64,000 nt of DNA. Origin: Chlorokybus atmophyticus (taxonomy: Eukaryota; Plantae; Mesostigma and Chlorokybus algae). Below the pieces are notes generated by a model. It was given only the letters and a program-made list of their open reading frames with translations. It searched no databases and had not been told where the DNA came from. Location of the stretch: positions 815,103 to 879,102 of the forward strand of contig RHPI01000026.1 of NCBI GenBank assembly GCA_009103225.1. The letters run 5' to 3'. Position numbers and translations under genes: made by a program. Below are positions 24,801 to 35,744 of this stretch, piece after piece. How positions within the stretch are numbered: position 1 is the first letter of the stretch; every line of letters begins with the position of its first letter.

Positions 24801-25709
24801 AGGGCATGCTTCTGTGTGAGGAGCAGTACATTGTACTGCTTTGAAATCAGAAGCATGCCCTTGAGTCATCAACTGCAGTAGCTTTGCATTGTGGTTGCAG
24901 ACAATGCAGGCTCTATGCACTAAAGCTTTACCTGCATAAACCCATGAACAAGCAGAATGCTGTACTGAGCAGCACATCCGACGGTACTGCTTCACACGCT
25001 GAAGCATGCCCCTGATGACTAAACAACGCCTTCGTACATCTATCAACAAGCAGTTGTGCAAGTAGTTATTCATGATGAGGACACCATGCTTGAGAGCATG
25101 TAAAGTCCTGAAGCGTTGCATTCATTCTAGCTCTAGCTCTAGCTCTTCCTTGCCAAAACATATTACTATATGTACCGTTTGTCAGTGAGCTGTGCATGCA
25201 TGGTGGTCGCATGCACAGCGGACTGACTCCTATGTGCATGGCATCCTACCACTCATATACTCCTTGCACCTGCAACTTGCCCATTACAAAGCAGCAAGCG
25301 CAGAAGCCTTAGAACTCGTTGCATTGCTTGCATACCCTAGGCACCTCTGCAAGCATTGCAACCAGTGTGCATATAGCAGGAGCAACAATAGAGCACAACA
25401 TGCGGAAGCCTGTTTTCCATGTAAGATGCGCACCTGCTTGACAAGCAGCTGCTTCAGCTGCTGCTGCTTGTCAGAATTCTCCCCCTCCTCCTCCTGCTGG
25501 TCATCCACCAGGGGGTCCAGGAAGCGAGCGACCAGCTGCTCCGCCAGCCGCGGCACCTGCAGATGCTCCGCCACTACGGTGCCACCGACGACAACCTCCT
25601 CAGCCCTTGCACCCTTCACCTCCCCCTCCTCCTTAGCCTGCTCCTGCTCCAGCTCCTGCGCTTCCCCCTCCTCCTTCTCCACCACCGCCGCCGCCCTCTG
25701 CTCCGCCAT
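21805..25709 (-). CDS. Dcp2-like protein (Box A plus degenerate Nudix fold) fused to a double-stranded RNA-binding domain and a coiled coil; 3' end uncertain
   Basis: IRIAEWFFKTFVCESFPLLDPVT (Box A-like); SGIILSQDFSQCLLVWGG..GWSLP and VRPFAQSLVSWI match remembered Dcp2 segments GAIILDETYERCLLVKGW..SWSFP and VAPFLSSLKSWI. Spliced KTPKSHLHEWCQQNK-VPQPVF...FTANCILP...NAK-EAEQNASLQAIAFL is a dsRBD pattern. Confidence 0.7.
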
Positions 25710-26591
25710 TGCTGCACTTTGATCTGATTCTGCTTTGTTTTGCAGATTGTTTTTCTTGGCAAATTTTTGCGTTTCACAGTGCTAACTTCCGTGGCGCGAG
25801 CTTGGCAGCTTCCCGCAGGAGGAATGCTCTAACTTTCGACAAAGTTGTTAACGTCGGCAACGTTGTCGATGTTGCTGGCGGCGGCGGCCTGTGGCAGGTG
25901 GTGGTAGGAAACAACAATGTGTCATGCGAAGCGTGGTGAGCATACGTGTTAAGTTTAGTTCGACGGGAGGTCAGGTGCTGAAAGGTGTTGTGCTTCGAGG
26001 CAATCCGCCATGAGCACTCTGCTTGCACTGCATTGCTAAATGTTTTCGTCCGCGTCGTTGTCGTCGTCGTTGTCCTCAACATGGTCGTCATCTTTGTTTC
26101 CCCTTGATCGTGCTACGTTGAACACCAAGCAGTAGTTATTCAACCTTGAACACATAAGAAGTTGGATCTAGGTGCAGCCAGGGCACTCCATAACCGCACG
26201 TGGTTGTCTGTCAGTCTGGATTATGCGATCATGAGGTTGATGTTGGAGACACGCACATATTGGCCGTAACGCAAGCTTGCTACCTCCTTCACCTGGACCA
26301 CTACTTGAAACACCAGGTTGGTCGGGCACGAGCACACCACCACAGCCACCATCATATCGTCAATATCAGCATCATCATCTTCGCCGTTGAACTCGTCATT
26401 GTGTATGCAATTTCTTACATGCACAACTTACGTCCAGTAGGTGTGTTCCATGGGCCGTGTTGTGCCACATGGCTTCGAGGAAGCTGCCGCCTGCCAACCT
26501 GAGCCATTCAGAGAGCAGGTGTGTGCACATATGACAATGCTGACCTGCAGCGTTGTCAGCCTCGATGAAGCAAGCATATCTTTACCACAGG

Positions 26592-29500
26592 ATGCACGAG
26601 TACGAGGTTGGCAAGGCGGTCGGCAAGGGCGGTTACAGCATTGTGCATGCAGGAGTCCGCAAGTCAGACTCCACACCCGTCGCCATCAAGTGCATAGGTG
26701 CGTGTGCGTGTGAGTGTGCATGTGTGGGTTGTGGTGTATGCGCGCTTGTTGTTTGCAAGCCCCACTGAGTACACGTAACCAGATCTTGCAAGCTTGACGG
26801 AGAAGAAACGCGAGCGCTGTCTCCAAGAGGTGGAGCTTCTGCGTGGGCTGCGCCACCCCAACATCATCGATATGCTCGACGCGTTCCCACACGACGATCA
26901 GGTCAGACACCACACGACAGTCGCATATCACCACAACCTGAGAGGCTTCTAAGCTTGAGACTGTGTGTGGCTCAGCTCATTATTGTGTTCGAGTGGGCGG
27001 AGCGCGGCGACCTCAAACGCCTCATCAAACGCGCCGCTGCTTCAGGAGGAGGAAAAGGAGGAGGAGGAAAAGGCTTTGATGAACGCACTGTCTGGCACTT
27101 CATTGCGCAGGTCAGATTCAGCTTGCGTCGCGATGGTTGCATCACTTGTGTGCGTAGAGTTTGCTTAGAAAGTAGCAAGTTGCAAATCGTCAACAGAACG
27201 CGCACGTATATGCACGCGCGCCCATCCACTCATACGCAGCCATGTGCTAGCATGCTCCACACATACCCATGGTCACATGCACACACAGTTACACACCATG
27301 CACGCAAGCACCCAGGCATTAAGGCAGGCAGGCGCTCGCGTGTACACGTGCAACGCACACATGCGCATGAGCGCGCTAAGTTGGTGCATGTCACTGCATG
27401 TCAGTTACGTCGTCTGCAAAGTACTATTTGTCTGAGTGAGGCATACGCTAGTCAGCTCCTGTGTGGTGTAGCTCATAGCAAAGATGTCGTCTTTGCTTAC
27501 AGATAACGTCCGCCCTCGCCTTCATGCACGCCCGCCGCACGGCGCACCGCGACGTGAAGCCCGCCAACGTGCTGGTCACGTGCGACGGGACCCTCAAGCT
27601 GGCGGACTTGGGGCTCTCGCGGGAGTTCTCAGACGGGACGCTCGAGGCTTTCAGCAAGGTAAGAGTGCACGTGGACGTGTGCATGCTTGCCCGTGTGCAT
27701 GCCTGTACCCCACGTGTGAAGTACAACACAACGTTGAACACCAGCCAATGCGGTGCAGGTTGGCACGCCGTATTACGTGGCGCCAGAGGTCGTGAAGGGT
27801 GTTGGATATGACTGGAAGAGCGACTGTTGGTCGCTCGGATGCGTGGCGTACGAACTCCTCACCCTCAAGTATGCTAAAATTCCGCCTGCAACCGCACGCA
27901 CGCACGCACGCACGCACCCACGCACAGACACGCGCACGTTGCCATGCTCAAGCTGATGGTTGTTGTCAAGCATTCCCTGAGTTAAATTGAAGCACATATT
28001 CGTTAGTCCGAACAGGCAGTAGTAACGAGTGCATCTTTCAATGTTGCTGTTTCAACCACTTGGGTTTTGTTCACAAACACTTCCCCTGCTTTGTCATGCA
28101 TCACCCGCTCACAATCAAACCACACCCAGGTCCCCGTTTGAGGCCGAGGGGGGCGCCAACCTCTACGACGTCTTTGTCAAGATCACCAAGGGCGACTACT
28201 CCCCTCTCCTCCCCTCCCAAGCCTCGACTCCCATGCGAGAGGCGGTGCGGGCGCTGCTGCAGCTCGACCCTGGCGCGAGACCGGACGCCGAGAGCGTGCG
28301 GAGACTAGCCGTGAGGATGATGAAGGGGGTGAGTGGGTGGGNNNNNNNNNNNNNNNNNNNNNNNNNNNNNNNNNNNNNNNNNNNNNNNNNNNNNNNNNNN
28401 NNNNNNNNNNNNNNNNNNNNNNNNNNNNNNNNNNNNNNNNNNNNNNNNNNNNNNNNNNNNNNNNNNNNNNNNNNNNNNNNNNNNNNNNNNNNNNNNNNNN
28501 NNNNNNNNNNNNNNNNNNNNNNNNNNNNNNNNNNNNNNNNNNNNNNNNNNNNNNNNNNNNNNNNNNNNNNNNNNNNNNNNNNNNNNNNNNNNNNNNNNNN
28601 NNNNNNNNNNNNNNNNNNNNNNNNNNNNNGGGGGGGGGGGGGGGGGGAGGGTTTGTGTGTTGATATTCTGATCTGCAGAGTGGTGGAGTGGATGCGGTGA
28701 GTGTGATGGGAGGTGTGTGGGAGAAGATGGTGGTGATGGCGAGTGCGGGCAAAATGCAGGTGCGCATGCATTCGTATATGCTTTGGGATCAGGCATCCTC
28801 TTTGTGCTTTGAGGTGTGCGCGCGCGCGCGCGCGCGCGTGCGTGCATATGTGTGTGCGCTCCAATGCACGCACGCGTGTGTGCGCGAGCATGTTCGTGTG
28901 CATGTGGTTTGTGCATGCGTGTCTTACACGTGTGTGCACAGATCCATGGCGCTATCGACCGCTTTACCTTTGCAGAGCCCAGTCGCCAGGTATGCAATGG
29001 CTTCTGTTGGCTGTCATTACAGAACACAAGCAAGTAAACACAAGCAATAAAGAGCAGTCCACGAGAGAGAAGTCTTATGGCTGCTTGATTGCACTAACAA
29101 ATGACGGGTCTTTGATTCAGGGCCCGGCACGCCAGTTTGCCCTCTTCCATACGCTCGCATCGCAGCTTTTAGACTTGTGCACGGCCGCGCACGCCAACAA
29201 CACCAAGGCATCAGCCCCCGCACTCACCTCAGGTGAAACCCCACGCAACACGCGCATCACATGCAAGCTGTGCATCTCACCTGCTTACAATGGCAGGTTA
29301 TGAGGAGACAGTCATGCTGTTTGACACGCCTGCTGCACGGACCCAAGCCGCAGCGTGCCTCGTAGCAGCTGCAAGATGTGTCGTAGACAAAAGCACGGAC
29401 ATGTTTGAAGACAACATTGCGGATGGATATGGCGCAGTAAGCACACGGGTTGTGTGGACATGTTGTGCGTGTGTGTGTGTGCATGTAACACTATTAACTG

Positions 29501-30575
29501 CTTTTTAACAGGCAGCTTGTGGCTTTCTTGACATGCTTCTGAACGCGGCGATAGTGAGTGTCAAGCCCAACGTTTTTCCGCCTGCGCTTCCGCTCGAAGA
29601 GGGTAATGGCTTTACCGAGGATGACGTGGAGATCATCGATGGCGACAGTAGTGGTGATGAAGACATAGAGTGCAACATTGACGACCAGCATATTGGAGAT
29701 GAGAGTAATGTTGAGTGGGAGGCTAGTGACAAAGAGGACACGCTTGCGCCTGCGGGCGTATACAACATGTTGGGTTGCGGCGCAGCGGTCGTGGTTGTTG
29801 TTCCAGGCAACAAGTTGGCGTGGCAGGAGGGCGTGCGCACGTTGGAACATGTAAGCACGTCTGTGGCGGCGGGCGCAATGGCCGCAATTGGACGCGCGCA
29901 GGACCACTCCACTCTCCTTGCGCGTGAACTCGCGGCCCTGTCTGCCGCGTCCTCACGCGCCTCCACGCACGTGAGCTCCTCAATCACTGCGCAACACTCC
30001 GCCGCCTCAGCGCGCATGCATCAGGTACGTGTCTTGTGCACGCGTATGCATGTGTATGTGAGGCGTTGACAGTGTGCTGATGGACGCGCGCGCGTGCGTC
30101 CGTGCGGACGTGTACATGTGTGTGTGTGGCGTTGACATGCCGCGCTGGTAGATGCGTGCCAGCGTTGAGGTGAAGGAAGCATCTGTGGCTGCCAAGCAGA
30201 GCGAGTTGGGCGCTGTGCAAGAGAGGCTCGCATGCACGCAGCAGGTGCGTGTGGGTTCGCACATACTTGCATGTATTTGCATATCACTGGTACACCTACC
30301 TCAAGCATGCATGTTGTACGGGTTGCAACAAGTTGGGTCTCCCTACACAGATGTTGGAGAGCAAGTTGGCAAGCGTGGCAGGAGGCGACGGGTCACAGCC
30401 CGCTCTGAGGGCAGCTTTACGAGGCATCAAGGAGGAGATGAAGGTCATGGATGCGCAGGTGAGAGCACCTGGTTGTTTACAACAACCTCTGTTATGTGTG
30501 CATGTAGCTGATTGTTTTGTGTGCTTCTGTCTGCGCAAGATTGCTTGGCATCAGCATCGCCTCCTGCGGTCATGA
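26592..30575 (+). CDS. NEK6/7-like NIMA-related kinase with a C-terminal IFT57/HIPPI-like domain
   Basis: Kinase motifs [57 protein letters not shown]. Downstream in-phase exons [52 protein letters not shown] and [27 protein letters not shown] resemble IFT57. N-gap 28342-28629 sits at the junction. Confidence 0.75.
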
Positions 30576-31644
30576 CAGCAGCTTTGGACAGTGCAATGCC
30601 CTCGATCAGACTAATGCTGCATACAATGATTGCGCCAGACATGATGAGCAACCGCGCAGACGCCAACGCAGAGGTCCGCGAGTTCGCATGCATCTGCGCC
30701 CTGCATTTTACTGGTGGTGCTGATGATGGTACGTTGTGTTTCCAGGTGCAATTGTATACAGGATTTCCCAGGCGTGTCCACGCAGCAGAAGGTTGCCAAA
30801 AAGCAAGGGACCGGACACATACATATATTACATGCCTGTCTGATGTGAACTGTTCCCACATGCGATTTTCTTCTCACTGCTCTCTGGTGCAGGTGACAGT
30901 TCTGTTGGAGTGTTAGTGTCTGCCTCCTCCAGCAGGAGTTCTGCTGCAACACACAAGCTTGGCCAGCAAGTCATCTTGTGTCTTAAACTGCACAACTCGT
31001 GCATAGAGTAGAGGAAGTGGGTGCATAACCCGTGTACCCGTGCTGTGAGGCAACAATCACAATCACTTTCTTAAACAAGCAGCACAACAGTTGTTCCAAC
31101 TTTTGCAGGTGTTTGCGCTAACAAACTCGCAATGACATGCGAGGAAGGCCCAACTGCGGTCAAAACTCTCTCAGCGAGCGAGCTCTTATGCCCATCCTGA
31201 TTAACGTTACATGACCTGCGTGCGCATAAAGTAAGAAAACACACACATGGCATAACTGGTACATAAGGGCACAAGGCAAAGGTGTTTCAGATGATTGAAA
31301 CCGTTGCCACTACTACTTAGCAGTAGTGGCAAGCAAGGACTTGTGCCATACGAAGTGAAAGGTATCAAGTGCTTGACACCCGTACAATCACAAGCAGACA
31401 GAACACGCACATGTGCGCACGCATTGGCACATGTCTACGCATATGCATGTGCAAGAGTGCGCATACTTATGCACACTTGCGTATGCACGTACTCCTATGA
31501 ATCTCTTCTAAGGAACTCAATATGCACACGCACGCGTGCTCGCTCGCACGCGTGCTCGCTCGCACGCATGCACGCACATACGCACATGTGCATGCATGCC
31601 TGCACACACACGCACATGCGCACGCGCACCCGTACGCACATTAC

Positions 31645-31832
31645 CTATCGTTCATCCTTGAACAGCGCGCGTAGTTCTTCAGCTTCGGCGGCCATCTCTT
31701 CTTCGGTGCGGGGCTTGCGCTCCGCGTCCAAGTCCAACGGCTCGCCCTCGTGACGCCTCAGATCGGTCGCCTCAATCTAATAATAAGTCAAGCACAATGA
31801 ACCCAGCCGGTTGTAGAACACAATACTACGAC

Positions 31833-31867
<35 letters not shown>

Positions 31868-33895
31868 CACACGCAACATAAGCGCATCTGTACATGTGCA
31901 TGCATACGCATGCACACATGCGTATTTGAGGCTCTCAACTAGCAAAGGAGTGCATTGTTACCGCATCATAAACTTGGTCGTTGCGAGGGAAGTCGCCGAC
32001 CCTCCGTGGCAACACGTGGATGTGTACGTGCGGCACAGTCTGCCCCGCAGCCGGCCCGTCCTGCAGGAATGCAGTGGTGCATACAATTGCACGGTTGTCG
32101 TCACATAACCTTAATTTTAACAATTGCATGCTTGACATCACATCAGTGCACGACTGAGCGCATGAGTACGGGAAGCGGTAAGCGCGCCAATATGAAGCTA
32201 AAGCTCGGATAGGACATAGTTATCACTTGCACACATGCACGCATGCGCTGTACACACACGCGCGGTGCATACACAGCACACACATCCACCGCACATGTGT
32301 GGTGAGGTGAGGAGTACGCAGGACACATGCAAGTGTACGAACACGTTCAGCACGCACATCCATGCGCATGCTATTTGTATCTGTGCAACACACTGCATAC
32401 CTGTATGTATGAGCACATCTTGTGCATATGCTGCACCTACGCACACACAGGCGCACGCACACACCCCCCCACCCCCACACCCCACTCACCCACCTGTATA
32501 GCGAACGTGAGCGACTGCGCGCCAAAGTGCCTCTCGACAGCGTGTCCGACGCGTTGTGCGGTGCGCCAGAGGTCGGAAACCTCCTCGGGCCGCAAGTCGG
32601 TGAAGCGGGGCACGCGGCGGCGAGAGAGGATGAGGACGTGTGTGAGGATGAGAGGTGTTAAGGTGGGCAAGGAGCATAGGGGGAGAGGGGGAGGGGGATG
32701 AGAGGGCGTGTGGGGAGGATATGACCTGCGAGAGAAGGGAATGAGCAATTAGCGGATGAGATTACGTGCACACGCACACGTGCTTGCACAAGCGTGCGCA
32801 TGCACACACAAGTCCCAAACAGTAACACACACCGATGCATGTGCCCACCCGTTCTCGCGTGCACGCGCACACGAGCACGCATCTGTATACTCTACCACTT
32901 ACCCACTCACTCACTCACTCCCTGCTGCATCCACTCAGTGTGTTCTGCAGGAAGAGAGTGGTCGTACCTGGGACGACCGGTTTGAGGTTGACCATCGCGA
33001 GGGCGTGCTCGGACCAGAAGAACGCCTCGAACGCAGGCACTTTGTACGGACCAAAGTCGAATGTTGTGGTTGGTGTGTCAACTGCTGTCGGGACTGACTC
33101 TGTGTCTTCAGCCCGAGGGTGGGAAGCCTGACAGGTAGTTGTTGTTGTTGGTGGTGTGCAGAGGTTGGTACAACTTGGTGTGCGCGCTTGAGCGTGAAGC
33201 AACACATCAAGGGCAGGAGATGGTGCAACAGCGTGTGTGTGCGTTGCAGCTGCACAAGTTTTTTAACGTGTGTGCACCAGTGTAAACGTGTTGTATGTGT
33301 GTGTCTCTTGGCGCATGCATGCGCGTGTGCGCATGACATTGCAATAGGCCTAAGCATACACGCGCATGCACACGCACACGCACGCATACGCATACGCACA
33401 CCTACACGTGCACACACAAAACTACCAACACACAGCAATGGCAACACCTTGTCTGATGACGCCATCGTCCTGAAGCTGATGCGCGTCCGTGAGGCGAGAC
33501 GGGTCCGAGCAACAGTCGCGCGCAGCAAACAAGCAGGAGGGAGCTGCAATCAACAACACACACTACCAACATTAGCAACAAACCAACATGGCATTGCCTC
33601 TTCACAAGCAGCACACCGCGCGTTATGGTGCTTGCTAGAGTGATACGACTATGGGTACATACATTCGCTTGAATGTATGTACCCATAGTTATGAGTAACA
33701 TGTACTACTAGTGGTACACACGTAAGGTTACATATACGCAACGCAATGCATATCAGCCTCTCTGATGTAGGGAATTGTTGCTGATGCCGTCACATACTCA
33801 GCAACAGTGCATGCATGCAGTGAAACCTGGCGGTTGAGAATGAGGTGGCGTGCCGCCAACGTCGCCGCTGTCGTCAGCACCGTTCCCGTCGACAT
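31645..33895 (-). CDS. FHIT: Fragile histidine triad protein (bis(5'-adenosyl)-triphosphatase)
   Basis: FDFGPYKV...[27 protein letters not shown]; [20 protein letters not shown] (HIT motif); [17 protein letters not shown]. Exons include 33895-33827, 33543-33448, 33127-32968, 32725-32723 and 32639 onward. Confidence 0.95.
32640..32722 (-). other. U12-type (minor spliceosome) AT-AC intron, 83 nt, in FHIT
   Basis: 5' end ATATCCTCC; branch site CCTTAAC 17 nt from the 3' end; terminal AC. Removing it restores the conserved PGHVL reading frame. Confidence 0.85.
33648..33689. repeat. Perfect 19-bp hairpin with a 4-nt loop in FHIT intron 1
   Basis: ACTATGGGTACATACATTC-GCTT-GAATGTATGTACCCATAGT. Confidence 0.9.
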
Positions 33896-34234
33896 GCGGG
33901 CAGTGCCTGCGCTCCTCCGCCGCCGCCGCTGCCTCCTGCTCCTTCTCCTTTACCTTCGCCGCCGCCGCTACCTGGTTAACCCACCTTCAATGACCTTTGC
34001 CTCAACCACGAAACAATAACCGAGTTCAACAACAGCCCGATCAGCCGACCTTGTTCGGCGGCCCGTTTCTTGAATTCGGTTTCAGGAAAACCCGCGCAAA
34101 ACGGCGAAACATTCAAATTGACTTCTTTTGCCCGCTTCAACGCAACGACGCTTTACAACATCGCCTCGCAGCAACGCCGCCCGCAACGCTGACGCGTCTT
34201 CTCGAGCCTGCAAACCGCAGCTAGCCACGTTCTG

Positions 34235-34314
34235 ATTGGCTCAAATAGCCCAAAGAGCTAACGTTAGTACTGAGGTTAAGGTAAGGTGAGATTAGGGCTT
34301 GGTGGCGTATATAA
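34235..34314 (+). promoter_or_regulatory. H2A.X core promoter: inverted CCAAT box (34235-34239) and TATA box (34308-34314)
   Basis: CTGATTGGCT and TATATAA lie about 190 and 120 nt upstream of the ATG. Confidence 0.6.
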
Positions 34315-34429
34315 TCCAAGTGAGGCGGCATAGTGAGGCATCTCATTGGTGGCTTGCTTGCTGTTGTCGGCGTCGTTGGCGGAGGACGTTTCTTTGTCGT
34401 TAAGTGTGTAGACACGCAGCCTTCTCATC

Positions 34430-35000
34430 ATGTCTGGACGCGGCAAGACCAAGGGCAAGAAGGCCGTCTCCCGCAGCGCCAAGGCGGGGCTGCAGTTTCC
34501 TGTGGGCAGGATTGCCCGCTACCTCAAGGCCGGCAAGTACGCCACCAGGGTCGGCGCAGGCGCACCCGTCTACCTCGCCGCAGTCCTCGAGTATCTCGCC
34601 GCTGAGGTATGCAGCAATCCCTCTCACGACACAACCCGCAAACACCTCCTTCCGTCACAACCAATCTCCAAGGGTTTTGCAGACTCAGATTAGGGTTTCA
34701 GCCTAGGGTTTTGCACGTACTGCTGCATGCTGGCTTGTTGATTGTAGCTCGGTGGTTGATTGTGCCTAACATTGCTTCTCTGTTCAGGTGTTGGAGCTGG
34801 CTGGCAATGCTTCCAGGGACAACAAGAAGACGAGGATTGTGCCCAGGCACATCCAGCTGGCGGTGCGCAACGACGAAGAGCTGAGCAAGCTGCTGGGCCA
34901 GGTCACAATTGCCAACGGTGGCGTCCTGCCCAACATCCATTCTATCCTACTCCCCAAGAAGACTGCCAAGAAGGGCGCATCGCAGTCACAGGAGTTCTAA
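34430..35000 (+). CDS. H2AX: Histone H2A.X (one intron, 34607-34787)
   Basis: [20 protein letters not shown]...[10 protein letters not shown]|VLELAGNA...LLPKK. C-terminal SQEF* is the plant-type H2A.X phosphorylation motif. Confidence 0.97.
34691..34711 (-). promoter_or_regulatory. Two telo-boxes (AAACCCTA) in the H2A.X intron
   Basis: TAGGGTTT at 34691-34698 and 34704-34711; other copies at 52308-52315 and 63897-63904. Confidence 0.55.
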
Positions 35001-35075
35001 GCTTTCACTCTGCTGATTCCCGTTCCCACCCAGGCATCAGTAACCCTTTGATGCTTTGAAGCCCGCCTCGCAAAT

Positions 35076-35098
35076 GGTGTTTATTTAAACACCACCCA
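35076..35098 (+). promoter_or_regulatory. Histone mRNA 3' stem-loop-like element
   Basis: CAAAT-GGTGTTT-ATTT-AAACACC-ACCCA, 75 nt after the H2A.X stop. Confidence 0.75.
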
Positions 35099-35700
35099 TG
35101 TGTGAGGAATTGCTGTCGCTCATGCGTCCTCAAACAGTTCATCACTCCTAAACTGAGAAGAGCTTCATGTGCATGCATACAGGCACACAATGCACATGGA
35201 ATTGGGGTAGAATAGTTACTGAGTGTTTAGTGGGAGCGCTAGCGCAGTTGTTTTGTAGATTTGTGTATATTAAGAGCAAAGCTGTGCATGGTGGCATGCG
35301 AGTTATAGGATGTGTTGTTAAATTGACGCGCTTGCAGGGAGGCTGCCTGTGCGTGTTGAAACTGTCAGTGGTGCTGTGGTCAGTCGTACGAACTGGTGAG
35401 TAAGGCAAGGGCTCCTTGCCAAGGAAGTTCTTTTCCATTCCTCATCTGCTGCCACTACTTGAGGGCTTTGTGACTTTCCCCAACAGGTAACAAGCGCCCA
35501 CAAGGTGCGATGCGTGCTCCGTCAGGTATCCCAACTAGGCTATAAATCAAGCTGAGCTCAGGTTGCACCAAACATCTTCGAGCTGATCTATTCTGCGTAC
35601 GCATGCATGAATACGCTCACCTCCGCCTTGCTTTCCTTGCATGCACTGAGCTACAGATTATACGTTGAGCGCTGTTTCTGCCTTGTTGCCGTTGATTGGG

Positions 35701-35701
<1 letters not shown>

Positions 35702-35742
<41 letters not shown>
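35702..35742. repeat. (TG)n microsatellite
   Basis: Directly visible. Confidence 0.95.
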
Positions 35743-35744
<2 letters not shown>

